DNA of 64,000 bases, taken from the NCBI GenBank assembly GCA_010909165.1, contig MU008199.1, positions 576,248-640,247 of the forward strand. Reading direction: 5' to 3'. Shown here piece after piece: positions 45,092-58,000 of this stretch. The notes under the pieces were generated by a model. The model did no database searches. It was given only the letters and a program-made list of their open reading frames with translations, and had not been told where the DNA came from. The position numbers and the translations under genes are program-made. Positions within the stretch are counted from its first letter, which is position 1; each line of letters begins with the position of its first letter. The stretch is from Anthoceros angustus (Eukaryota > Plantae > Anthocerotophyta).

Positions 45092-48000
45092 ATGAAGGTG
45101 GCAGTGGTGGGCGCCGGGGTTGCGGGCCTGGCTGCTGCCCACACGCTTGCGCAGGCCGGCGCCAGTGTGGTGCTGTATGAGAAGGAGAGCTACCTGGGAG
45201 GGCATGCCCGGACCTTGAGAGTGGATGGGGTGGACGTGGATGTTGGGTTCATGGTGTTCAACCGGGTATGCGACACTGAGGCAATGAGACAATGAGGTTG
45301 CCGAGGCTGTTGGTTTAGTGATGCTTGTGGTCACAATTCTTCGTCTGGGTTGTGTGCAGGTCACGTATCCCAACATGCTGTCTCTGTTTGACGAACTGGA
45401 CGTGGAGACTGAGGAGTCCGACATGTCCTTCTCTGTGAGCCTGGAGGGTGGGAGGGGCTGTGAGTGGGGAGCAAAGGGCTTGGGGACTGTTTGCACAGAA
45501 GAGGAATGCGGTTAATCCTTTCTTCCTGCACATGATCAAGGAGATTGTCAGGTTCAAGGCCGACGTTCTGAAGTAAGCTACGGAGACCGCGGATCAGTAC
45601 ACCTGTGGAAGGTCTCTCGATATGGAGTCCAAGTTTTCTGAAAACAGCGACAATGTGGGTTGTTGTTTTGCTTGCCTCAGATACCTGGAGAGGTTGGAGA
45701 ATCAGGACGTGTCGATTGACAGGAATCAGACACTGGGCGGCTTTCTTGATTCGCATGGCTACTCCCAGAAGTTCAAAGAAAGCTATTTTGTGGGTGATTG
45801 CAGTCTGTGGATTGACTTTTGATAAGTCTCGCCAGATTTATTTTTGTCACTGCCTGGGAAATGCGGCTTCATAACCTGGGCAGATGTACGGCAGATTCCT
45901 GTGTGTGCGTCGATATGGTCCTGCTCTTCTGAGACAGTGATGAACTTCTCCGCAGCTTCGATTCTGACCTTTGCCGGAACCATCATCTTCTCCAGGTGAG
46001 AGTGGCCATGAGATTTTAGAGGAATCGGATTTAGGCTTGCCGAAGCATGTCCTGCGTACTGATCGTTGCTGAACGTGAGGCCTGTCATTCAGATTTTCGG
46101 TCGGCCCCAGTGGCTCACTGTCAAAGACAGGTCAGAGACTTACGTCAACAAGGTTGGTGATGTTGTGCAAATGCTTGATGACGGCAGATGGGCCAGTGCG
46201 AATCATGCAACCGTTGTGGCTGTAGCATGTCTTCCTGAAGTGACATGATGCCTGGCAGATCACTTCAATTTTCGAGAGTCTGGGCGGTGAAGTCAGAACA
46301 CAGTCTAACGTCGTGCATGTGTCGAGCACCGAAGAAGGTGACCCCTTCAAGCCTGTTTGCCGGGCCCGGCACGGCCCTGTTTTCCTCCTCACTCAGAAGA
46401 GTCATGGCATATTGCAGGTGTGGAAGTTGTTGACGACAAGGGCAGGAGTGACGTCTTTGACAGATGTGTGGTAGCAGCCCATGCCCCAGACGCCCTGGCA
46501 ATGCTCGGGGAGAACGCCACCTTTGAGGAGCGCAGCATTCTCGGAGCTTTCCAGTACAGTCCTAGGTAATCGTTGTAGATGGTCTGTTGCATCATGTTTT
46601 CCTACTGAGAAGGATGATTTGCAAACTTGTGTGATGTTCATCACTGCAGTGATATCTACCTACATCGTGATGCCAAGTTGATGCCAAAGAATCCTGCTGC
46701 TTGGTGTGCCTGGAACTTTCTGGGAGACGTGGGCGGACGAGTTTCTGTGACCTATTGGTTGAACACGTTACAGGTGCTTCAATCTTCTAGCTTGTTCTGC
46801 TGCTGTGTTGCCGTGGCCCGCTCCTCCGTCTGTTGTCTCATAGGCCTTCTGCTCCGCAGAATCTGGGAGATACAGGACGTCCAATACTTGTGACGCTCAA
46901 TCCACCAAGCCCTCCTCAGCACATCGTGACAACATGGCAAACCAGCCACCCTATTCCATCTCCGGCCGCTGTCACTGCATCACACCGTCTGCAAGAGATA
47001 CAGGGCAAGGGACAAATTTGGTTTTGTGGTGCTTACCAAGGTAACATGCTCTGTGCACCTGGATCTGCCCATATCAAAGGCCCTGCAGTCCCTGACCTCC
47101 TCGGCTGGTTCTGTCCATTCTGACAGGCTACGGCTTCCATGAGGACGGCCTCAAGGTACTGTCGGTACTGCAAGTGGCTTGCATCTCTTTTAGGGGTCCA
47201 GGCTACCAACTGATGTGTCTCTGGTGCAGGCAGGATTGGCAGCCGCAAACGGTCTGCTTGGGCAAAAGTTCGAGCCTTTGAAAAATCCGAAGCAAATGGT
47301 CGTCTCATGGTCGGAATTCGCAGCACGCCTCGCCGTTATCACTTTCTTGCGGACCTTTGTTCAGACAGGACATCTTCAGTGAGTAACTGGTGCCCGGGGG
47401 TTGTCTATGTGTGGTCTGGATCATTGTTGAGGATGGTTTTCTCTTGTAGACTGCTAGAAGATGGGGGATCGGTTGTGGACTTCGTAGGACGCGAGAAGGG
47501 GTGCAACGTCAAGTGCGTCCTTCGTGTGCACAGTCCTGCATTCTATTGGAAGGTCCGCTTCAGAACCTGGTGGTTCAGCTCTCATGTTGTGGACTTGATC
47601 TTAACAGATTGTGGAATAAGTGCTATATGCGGCACCTGAATGTCCTCTGGCAAATGGATTGTGGAGCAGGTGGCGTCCAGGGCAGATTTGGGACTTGCAG
47701 ATGCGTTCATCGACGGAGATATATCCCCTGTAGACTCAAGGAATGGCCTTTTCAATCTCTTTGTGGTAATTCTCTCTCACTTCTCCTGCTGTGCCCAGTT
47801 TCGCCTAGCATCAATCAAATGACATGAGCTTGCGTTGGTGCCCAGATTCTGGTCGCCAATAGGGACCACAACAAACTTTCGGCACCTCAGCAGAACAGCA
47901 GGTAAAGTTCTTCTTGCTGGCTTCGTGCATGAACGGCATCGATCTCAACCTTGTCGACATGTCTCTGCAGGGGGTGGTGGAGTCCTGTGATTCTAACGTC

Positions 48001-49845
48001 ATTAGTTGGTTCAGCTGTATCATATCTTCGACATACCTTCCGCCAGAACACCCTCACCAACGCTCGTAGAAATATTTCTCAACATTATGATCTGGTCTGC
48101 CACACTTCCAGATCCTGTGCTCCCCTTCTTCCCTGTAATCCACTCTTCCTTTGATGTTCTACAGTCTTAATGTTACTGCTCCAGCTGATGTGAAAACTGA
48201 TGGTGCACGTCCAGAGCAATGATATGTTCGCTCTCTTTCTAGACGAGACGATGACGTACTCATGTGCAATATTCAAGGTGCCCTCAGGCTTCCTCCAGCT
48301 GTGCATTCTGCGTCCTGGATCTCCGCCTGCAGTGAAACTGAAAACAAGTATTCTAATGCTACAGGGCCCTGAGGAACCTTTGGTGGATGCACAGAGGCGG
48401 AAATTGAATCACCTGGTCAACAAGGTTGTTCCTGCTTGCACTTAGCTTGTCATCTCATGAGTGTTGCCACCATGATTTCTCCTCATTTTCTGTAACGTTG
48501 CTTCTCTATTTGGCAGGCCAGGATAAAAGGCACACACGAGGTGCTAGAAATCGGGTTCGGTTGGGGCAGCCTAGCGTTAGCAATTGTTCAGCAGACCGGG
48601 TGCAAGTACACAGGCATCACCCTCTCCGAAGAGCAGTTGAAATACGCTCGAAGGCTTGTGAAGCTGGCCCAGTTGGAGGTATCTTCCGAACCAGGGAGCG
48701 TGCTCAAGCCGTTCGATGTCCTGCCAACCTCTGATGCATCTTTGCAGTCCGTGGGAGAACCTGACAACGTTGGTTCTGTCTTTTGACAGGATAAGATCAC
48801 CCTAAAGCTCTGTGACTACCGTTCTTTACCTGGATATCACAAGTATGACCGGATTGTGTCATGGTGCGTGCATTTCGCTTCAAGTTCCTGTGACCCAAAT
48901 TCTTGCTTCAATGCAAGGAAGCGCGATGTTAACCTGTCCGATGCAATCTTTTTGCCAGCGAGATGTTGGAAGCAGTTGGTCACGAATACTACCAGAGTTC
49001 TTCAGACGATGCGATCACCTTCTGGCCAAAGACGGTCTCCTAGTCGTACAGGTTGTTCCCTGTTCCAACTGCTGTTGCAACCAACACTTTCCGGTTCCTT
49101 CATACTAGCGTCCCTGCTGTTCCGACAGGTTATCTCTATACCAGAAGAAAGGTACGAAACATACCGTAGAAGTTCAGACTTCATTAAAGAGTACATCTTC
49201 CCTGGCGGAAGCACTCCCTCGCTGAGCACTCTTACAGCAGCTATGGCGAACGGATCGTCTTTCTGGTATGGACCCACCGCTATTTTCAAAGAACTCTTCT
49301 GCAGCCTGGTAGATCTGACACTCGTTCTTGCTCTTTTCCAAAACGAGTTCTATGCTGAGACGCAAGCACTCACTGTTGGTTGCTGTCACAGCGTGGAGCA
49401 CATGGAGAACATCGGAATACATTACAAGCAAACTTTGCACTGCTGGCGTGACAAGTTCTTGGGTAACAGCAGGCATGTAACATGCCTAGAGTGGCAACAG
49501 TACTTGCTGTCCACTGGCTTGGTGGAAATTTTGTGCTGAGTCCAGCTAGCTCGTGCTCTGTGATGTTGCAGTGAAGTTCGGAAGCTTGGTTTCAGTGAGA
49601 AGTTCATCCGAACGTGGCATTATTACTTTGACTACTGTGCTGCCGGCTTCGAGACTTGCACTCTGGGCAATCTCCAGGTTAGGTCACATTTCCATCTTGC
49701 TGGTTACCGGGCTTGATCAATCCCTGCTGCTCATTGTTGCTGTAGCTCAGTGACTGATGTGATCGGTGATGAACAGATTGTCTTCTCTCGACCTGGGAAT
49801 GTAGCAGTTCTAGGAGACCCCTCCGCCAGCTTCCCCAATGCATGA
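45092..49845 (+). CDS. Cyclopropane-fatty-acyl-phospholipid synthase with N-terminal FAD-dependent oxidase domain (multi-exon)
   Basis: Exon 1 (45092-45265) MKVAVVGAGVAGLAAAH..GGHART..DVGFMVFNR; exon 2 starts 45360 VTYPNM; later NARRNISQHYDL, FLDETMTYSCAIF, VLEIGFGWGSL, GITLSEEQL, SDFIKEYIFPGG, ENIGIHYKQTL; last exon IVFSRPGNV..FPNA*. GT-AG introns are roughly 70-120 nt. Apparent frameshifts at ~45470-45485 and ~45972 fall in G/T homopolymers (probable sequencing errors). Confidence 0.92.
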
Positions 49846-50260
49846 GTATTGGCAAGAGTCCACATTGTTCATAACTCCACTCCATTCGATTTATCTTTCA
49901 CTTCCCACCTTGAATTGTCTAATTTTCTATCAAGACCTACACTTAACATTGTTTGATTGGGAGACTACGGATATTTCTATTTTTATGTTAAATACTTCTC
50001 CTATGGAATGTACTCACATTTCATAATCCGTCCTTCGGGTGTGTATTGAAACTTGGCGGTTAACGACGAACCGTGTTGATGAATATCACAATACATCACA
50101 ATGTATACAGAGTAGAAGAAAATGAAGAAGAAGAGTTTTATTTAAGTCCACTATGTACGGACCTCTGCCATGGGACTGAAATATGGTGATTACATTAATT
50201 GTGGTAAACTGGTCTGGGCGAATATAAAGGTAAAATTCAAACAAGACAAATAATCTTCAA

Positions 50261-50641
50261 TCAATCAACAGTGTCCATGAAATTGCGTGAACCAGGGCCA
50301 AACACCACCAATTCATCCCCATGAAAGAAAGCCACTTGACCTGCAGCACGAGCTGCTCTGAAAGCGGGTAACTTCTCCTTCTTAGTCTTCCATTGCAATG
50401 GTGTAAGATCCTCATTGATATATAACTGAGTTGTCCGTAACATAGACCTAGCCTTCGTAACCTGGAGGCGATCATTCATAGAATGAAAAGTCATAATCAA
50501 TATGCGCTCCCTACCAGGATCCTTTCCAAGCCAGAAGGCTTGAGGAACAACCACATCGACCTCTGGCCTATTAAAAAACTCCTTTGCAGCCACAAGTGGT
50601 GCATCAATATCATTACCAAGACCAGAAATTCTCAAGTTCAA
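50261..50641 (-). mobile_element. LINE ORF1p C-terminal fragment (L1-like)
   Basis: RILIMTFHSMNDRLQV..LYINEDLTPLQW..RAARAAGQVAFFHGDELVV matches the F..K..L....I.EDLT...AR..G..A.F.G..L pattern. Confidence 0.7.
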
Positions 50642-50788
50642 AGCACGGCGAGCACGGTCCGCCGTCTCGGAAACAACTTCCGATACTGTGTTGCCACCAA
50701 GACAAGAAGGAGCAAGGGGATCATTAAAGTCTACTTGGATGGAACTTTCTTGTCATGGTATTTAGTACCTAACAACTTATACCAATGC

Positions 50789-51010
50789 TGTTGAAGAAGT
50801 GCCGCACATCCACCACGGATTGGGGTTTTAGCGAGAGGGTTTTGGACCCGACTGGCTAGCAAACTTTAGGGTACGTTTCGTGCTTAGAGGCATACGTGAC
50901 TATTTATCAGAGCAGTTGGTATGGTTATCATTCATAACCATACGAACACTTACAGAACCAACTCTTGTACAATATAAGAATAAGTTCGAGTATTAGTAAA
51001 TTATCGATTT
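50789..51010 (+). repeat. Copia LTR (family of 12852-13072)
   Basis: tgttgaagaagtgccgcacatccaccacgg...; partial copy at 52106-52200. Confidence 0.8.
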
Positions 51011-54000
51011 CTGGTCTTCGCAGATCTCTCGCTATGGCGTTGCAGAGCACAAATGGCAATCGTCACAATCCTAAAATTGGCACATATGACAAAGCACTCG
51101 GCATCCTACTCACCTATGGGCGGATCACTCGAGACAAGTCATCTGCATCGTACAAATGACTCGAGGCATTGGATTCAAGCCCGATGTCGCCACTCCGACA
51201 TGCCGCCGAAAAAGGGCATGGTTGGAGCGAGGGTTGCTTACTCTCCTCGATTCTTCCTCCGAGTGCGTCGGTGCGAAAGGGTGTAAACCGGTACTCCTCT
51301 TGATGTCAGTGCTTTGGATGGCTTGTCGTGGACGAATTATGAGAGCTAACGAAAGTCCCAGAGGATGAAGGGAGATGTTATCAATGCAGCTGCGGCACAG
51401 TTACGTGACAATTGTACCATTGGCGCAACCACAGCCAGCCTTATGTGTGATTGTCTTGGTATGGAACATGCTTGAGTAATTGCGAGATGGTCCCGCGACG
51501 ATGGCTAGCAAAGCATCGTGATCTTGTGGCGAGGTCGGTGAGGGGAAGACGAGGTAGAGGACGGGGAGGCTTCATGAAGCCAAGACCTTGTGACCAACGG
51601 TCATCAACCGATTCAACAATCCGAATCGTCAAAGAAAGCGGCAAGGGACCATAGCTGAGTGCGGATCCCCGCCACTTCAAGCACGAATCTGACGGCAATC
51701 GGAGAACCTGTTTGTGACTCACCTCAAAACGAGTTCAACTGCGTATTCCCAAGTCACCACTTGCAAACTCCATCCTAGATGTATGTTTGATTGATCGACA
51801 ACTCGACCTCCACAGCATCGGGTCGCGCCTAGTCTGCATCTCGAGAAGGAGATTAGGGTGAGTTTGGATGAGTGATCACCTTTGTAGAAGTGCGTATGAT
51901 TTCGTCCTCTTTAAGTAGCAGTATTCTCTTAACGTCAGAGGCGCTTTGCGGATATCTCGATGCTATGTTCACGGCTTGTGCAACATTTGGTCTCGTCAGT
52001 TGATAAGTAGCGAGTTCCAACGGCCTCGTTGTAGGGGATGCTTCTCATCTCCTGTTTCTTAAGGTCTTTGAGGCGATACTGCTTGATACTTCTCTCTAGA
52101 GGCAATTGGTATGGTTATCATTCATAACCATACGAACACTTACAACCAACTCTTGTACAATATAAGAATAAGTTCGAGTATTAGTAAATTATCGATTTCT
52201 GGTCTTCGCAGATCTCTCGCTATGGCGTTGCAGAGCACAAATGGCAATCAGCGCCAACAATCCTAAAATTGGCAATATATCAAGCGCGCTCGCATCCTAC
52301 TCACCTATGGGGGATGTCACAAGACAAGTCATCCGCAGATCGTGATCGCATACAAATGACTCGAGGCATTGGATTCAAGCCCCGATGTGCGCCCACTCCA
52401 GCATGCTGCTCGAAAAAGGGCATGGTTGGAGCGAGGGTTGCTTACTCTCCTCGATTCTTCCTCCAGGAGTGCGTCGACGACCTCTGAAAGGGTGTAAACT
52501 GGTACTCCTCTTGATGCTGTAGCCTGGATGGCTTGTCGTAGGACAGAATTATGAGAGCTAACGAAAGTCCTGTAGGATGAAGGGAGAGATGTTATCAATG
52601 CAACTGCGGCCTGGAGTTCTGTGACAATTGTACCATTGGCAGCAACCCTGGCCAGCCTTATGTGTGACAGTTGTCTTGGTATGGAACATGCTTGAGTAAT
52701 TGCGAGATGGTCCTGCAGACGATGGGCTAGCAAAGCATCGTGATGCTGGTGAGCGAGGTCGCGGCTGAGGGGGAAGACGAGGTAGAGGACGGGGAGGCTT
52801 CATGAACCGAAGACCTTGTGACCAACAGCAGCAGTCATCAACCGGATTCAACAATCCGAATCGTCAGCCACAAAAGAAAAACGGCAAGGGACCATAGCTG
52901 AGTGCGGATCCCCGCCACTTCAAGCACGAATCTGACGGCAATCGGAGAACCTGTTTGTGACTCACCTCAAAACGAGTTCAACTGCGTATTCCCAAGTCAC
53001 CACTTGCAAACTCCATCCTAGATGTATGTTTGATTGATCGACAACTCGACCTCCACAGCATCGGGTCGCGCCTAGTCTGCATCTCGAGAAGGAGATTAGG
53101 GTGAGTTTGGATGAGTGATCACCTTTGTAGAAGTGCGTATGATTTCGTCCTCTTTAAGTAGCAGTATTCTCTTAACGTCAGAGGCGCTTTGCGGATATCT
53201 CGATGCTATGTTCACGGCTTGTGCAACATTTGGTCTCGTCAGTTGATAAGTAGCGAGTTCCAACGGCCTCGTTGTAGGGGATGCTTCTCATCTCCTGTTT
53301 CTTAAGGTCTTTGAGGCGATACTGCTTGATACTTTCTCTCTAGAGGCAATTGGTGTAGACAGCGGCAAGGCGTCCTTCGATTGAATCTTTCCGATGCTTG
53401 AACTACGTCACGCTCTTGATGGATAAAAAGGTGCTCTTCCTTCTTGAATTCCACTCCTAGTGCATAGCGAGGTCCCATATCAACCGGATTCAACAATCCG
53501 AATCGTCAGCCACAAAAGAAAAACGGCAAGGGACCCCGCAACTGGTGCCGGATCCCCGGCCACTTCAAGCACGAATACAGAAAACAGCAATCGGGAGAAC
53601 CCTGTTGTGACTCACCTCAAAACGAGTTCAACTTGCTGACGATTCCCAAGTCACCACTTGCAAACTCCATCCTAGATGTATGTTTGATTGACTGACAACT
53701 CGACCTCCTGGCATCGGGGTCGCCTGCCTAGTCTGCATCTGAGAAGGAGATTAGGGTGAGTTTGGATGAGTGATCACCTTTGTAGAGAAGTGCGTATGAT
53801 TTCGTCCTCTTTAAGTAACGAAGTATTCTCTTAACGCAGGTCCAGTGCGCTTTGCCGGGATATCTCGATGCTATGTTCACGGCTTGTGCAACATTTGGTC
53901 TCGTCCAGATTGATAAGTAGAGCAGGATTCCAACGGCCTCGTTGTAGGGGATGCTTCTCATCTCTGTATTGGAGGCCGGGTCACGTTGATACTTTCTCTC

Positions 54001-55000
54001 TAGAGGCAATGGTGTAGACATCAAGTGCCCTTGATTGAATCTTTCCAAAGAATCGCTACGCATCGCTTTGATGGATAAAAAGGTGTGCTCTTCCTTCTGA
54101 ATTCAAACTGCACTCCTAGTGCATAGCGCAGAGGTCCCATATCAACGACGTCGTACTCCTTTGATAGCAGGTCCTTGACATATTGTATAACTTCAGGGTT
54201 GTTGCCAAATATAAAGTTGTCATCTACTTACAGAGTGAATATTGCAAATCTGTCCTTTGTCTTCAGGATGTAAACGCTGGTGTCGGAGATGAGAGGGATG
54301 AAGCCACATTTCTTCAGGTATCTGTCCACAACCTCATTCCATACTTGTGCAGACTGTTTCAATCCGTAGATGGATTTAAGCAGCTTACATACCTTGCTGT
54401 TGTCCTTTACAAACCCTGGTGGCTGAAGCATGTAAATGTCTTCGTGTAGAGTCCTATAGAAAAAATGCAGTCTTGACGTCTACCTGGTGTATATGCAGGT
54501 GATGATGGGCAGCAAAGGCTAAGAGGATCCGAATAGATGTGGCCTTGACTACTGGGCTAAAAAGTCTGTTCTCCTCATAGTCGAAGCCTGGTACGTGGGT
54601 GAAACCACGGGCTACCAGTCTGGACTTGTACCTTGAGATAGTCCCATCGGGGTTGAGTTTCCTTCTAAAAGTCCATTTACATGAGATTGGTTTTCGCCCA
54701 GCAGGCAAGTCAGTGAGCTTCCAGGTTTTGTTAGCAATTAGCGAGTCCTATTCAGACTGAACTGATGCTTTCCATTCAGGTGTATTGAGGGCTTCTTCTA
54801 TGCTTGCAGGTACATCCTGCATCTCGATTGCAGAGGGCTTGATGTAGGGCAAGTCACAAATCTCGATCGGGGCTTGTGCGGAGCCGGTACCTCTTTCACT
54901 GGGATGACTAGTTGCAAGAGAAGGAATCTCTAGGGACAGAAGGTGGGTTCCTCCATAGGTGGCTTGGTGGTCGATGGTGTGTAGAGCGCCTTACAGGAGG
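51011..55000 (-). mobile_element. Scrambled Ty1/copia pol: RT/RNase H (54800-53480) and duplicated gag-protease and RT pieces
   Basis: KPISCKWTFRRK..YKSRLVARGF..HQVDVKTAF; LKSIYGLKQS; PYNEAVGILLYLSIWTRP; gag ITSLPSSYRTFVSS. Module order is non-canonical. Confidence 0.85.
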
Positions 55001-55099
55001 AGGTTCGTTATGGCACGGGTACCTCGGGTTGTAGAATATGATTTATCTCCAAGTCCTGAGCATGTACAGATAAGATTGCTGACCTCAAGTGGAAGCTTT

Positions 55100-58000
55100 T
55101 TACAAGGATAGTTTTGGGGCTAACCTGCTGTCAGCGAACCACCTACTTCAAGAAGGCATTCTTTCATTTCATGGAAGTCAAGAAGGAGCTCACCGACTGG
55201 GGACAACCATGACGGCCTATGAGCATCACCGAGACAAGTCAGAGGCCAAACATATGGACAATGAGGGGCGAGGCACACCCATTTGAGTACTTACCTTGTG
55301 CATGGGGCATACATCGATGTAAGAAGAGCTGGAGGAGTCTTACTAGCCGCTTGAAGTGGTCCCTCTGAGGATGGTACAGGGGTCCCTCTCCCTAAGAAGG
55401 TGAAGAAGGCAGAGGAGGAACCCAAGGTGGAGCAAGGAGTGCTTCACCTCGTGGTGATCTTGGATGATGAGACCACCCCTGCCCCGACGCCAAGGAAGAA
55501 GAGGTGCCCGCCTGGGAGACAAGGGCACAAGAGGAAGAGGTGGCAAAGGCCACCATGTGTACAGGCAACCCCATGGAGCAGTGGTGGTGGAACTAACCCC
55601 ACCCTGTGAGATGACCGAGTCATGTGAGTCCCACCCAACATCGCTGGGCTGGGAGTGAGAGACCGCCACCAAGAGAAAGGCCGAGTCGACCCTGTGAGGG
55701 GAATGAGAAGACAAAGGCTTTGAAGGATGCCGACCATCCGCCGCCTAATTGACACTCCATTAGTGAAGTGTGCCTTAGTGAAGTAGAGGAGTTGGAGGTG
55801 AGAGCCGCCGACACCAAGCGATTGCCCTACAGTCAGGTGGGGAGAAGGATAGCAAGGCTATCAAGGAGATGGCATTGGCGAAAGGGCGCCTAGTTGACCT
55901 CGAGAGAAGGTAGGGGCTCAACAAGATTGAAGAACAGAGGCTGAGACAAGAAAGTAGGGAGCGAATGAAGGAAGTGGCTACCTCAATCGTAAAAATTGAG
56001 GAGACCGTCCGATGTGGAAGGAGTGGCAAGAAGAACTCCTTCAGCCGAGAAGGAGAATGGGACGATCAAGACCGCCCTGCGAGGCCGCCAAGCCAAGAAT
56101 GAAGAATCGGAGGCCAAGCTCAAGGAGAGGAGGAAGGACAGCCACATGGAGCAAGGAGCGTGAGGAGCTCAAGCAAGCAACGGAGGCCGACCAACGGTGG
56201 AAGGAAGAGGTAGCCCACCGAGGAAAATGATGCATCGATGTCGGTCGTCAGAAGCAACGCCCAGCCGACTTATGCATGGCAACAAGGATACCGGAGGCAT
56301 GGAAGAGAGATGCAAAAATGTTACACTTGCCTTCGCTTGAGTGAGGTGACGCTGAGAGGGATGCTTTAAGATAGCCTCGTGAGAGTGGCCTCGAGGAATT
56401 TGATGAGATTTGTTTGAAGGGCCGTGAGATGCAGTGTCCACTTACATGCCGGTCAACAAGTTCGCTAAGGAGATGCGCTCCTTGTTGACAAGGAAGTTGT
56501 TGGGTCCCCATGATGACGACAGGAGATTTTGAAGAATTGCACCCCGCCTCGGAGATCTGGACTTGGAGAGTGAATGGATGCAAGGCTGTGGGAGGAGCCA
56601 ATGGAAGAGGAAGAGATTTCCAAGAGTTAGGGTTGGGGTGTCGGCAGAGCCGCACCAACACCCAACCGCCTGAGGTAATTGGGCCGAAGATGATTATACA
56701 GAGAGGCTCTACAAGAGCGCCTGCAAGCAAGAGGGGGCGCCCACTTCATCAACAACAAGATCGCCGAGACAGTGTGGAGGTTCCGTCATGACGACGAGTG
56801 AAGAGATCCTGACGGGACAGCCCCCAAGCCAAGAGGAGGAAGATGGTGGTGGGCGCCCGCCATGCCAACGCCAAAGAAGAAGTAGGAGGATAGTTGGTAG
56901 GGGAGTGAAGGGGTCATTAAGACCCCTAGGGGTTAGTGGGATTGTTAGGAGGTAGGTTAAGAACCTTTAAGAGGCCACCTACTTAAAACCGTAAGCAACC
57001 CCACCTACCCCACCGCACTTAATTAATGCTAGGGTTTGGGGAGCTCCTATAAGAGGGGAGGAGCTATAATAAAATGTCATGCCTTGCTCTCCGACTGTGT
57101 GCTTGTTTGCTACACAAGCGCGCCGACCGTGAGGGTGCATGGTGTCCGTAGGGTCTTGAGGTGGTGACTGTGGCGGGGCCCAAACCTTTCTTTGTGGAGG
57201 TAAAAACCGGGTAGTGTCGAGCGTGAGGAGCGGCATTGTGGTTGCAAAGATGCGACGGTCGTGAAGTGAAGACCCTAGCAAAATCCAAAGACGCGGACGC
57301 CGCCAGCCAAATGTCCGCCTAGGTCCGTGGCACCGCCCTATGATCCGAGGCGCTGCCGGGAGGCTGTGAGGGCGCCTGTATGAGAAGTTAGCTAGGAAGA
57401 GTGGAAGAGGTAGATTAGAGAAGAGAGGAGAGAGGAGAAAAGAGAGAAAAGAGAAAAGAGAAAGAGAGAGAGAGAGGAGAGAGAGAGAGCGAGAGAGAGA
57501 GAGAGAGGACGAGAGAGGAGCTAGAGAGGATAGGGAGCAAGAGAGGAGAAGAGAGAAAAGAGAGAAAAGACAAAAAGAGAAGAGGAGGAGGAAGAAAGTG
57601 AGAGCAATCTAGAAAAGAGAGGAGAAGAGAGAGAAAAGAGAGAAAAGAGAAAAGAGAAGAGAAGAGAGAGCGAGAGAGAGAGCGAGAGGAGAAGAGAGAG
57701 AGGAGCTAGAGAGAGGAGCAAGAGAGGAGAAGAAGGAGAAGAGAGAAAAGACAAAAAGAGAAGAGGAGGAAGAAAGTGAGAGCAATCTAGAAAAGAGGGG
57801 TCAGTGACAAGCTCACACGCAAAAGCGTGACGCCCAACGAGCAGTTAATCCCATGTAAGGATTTACATGATGCCTTTGGCCGCATACATAGCTTGACGCT
57901 CAAGAAAGAAAGGACTCCTCAATGGATTCCAGCCCTTCTTACACTAGCCGAATGTAGCCCTCCGGATCACGGCGTCAAGTGCACTGTGTACTTGCCACCG

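Noticed and set aside
57521-57754. Ser/Leu-rich membrane protein ORFs (also 59277-59621)
   Set aside because: Translation artefacts of the CT-rich strand of a low-complexity tract.
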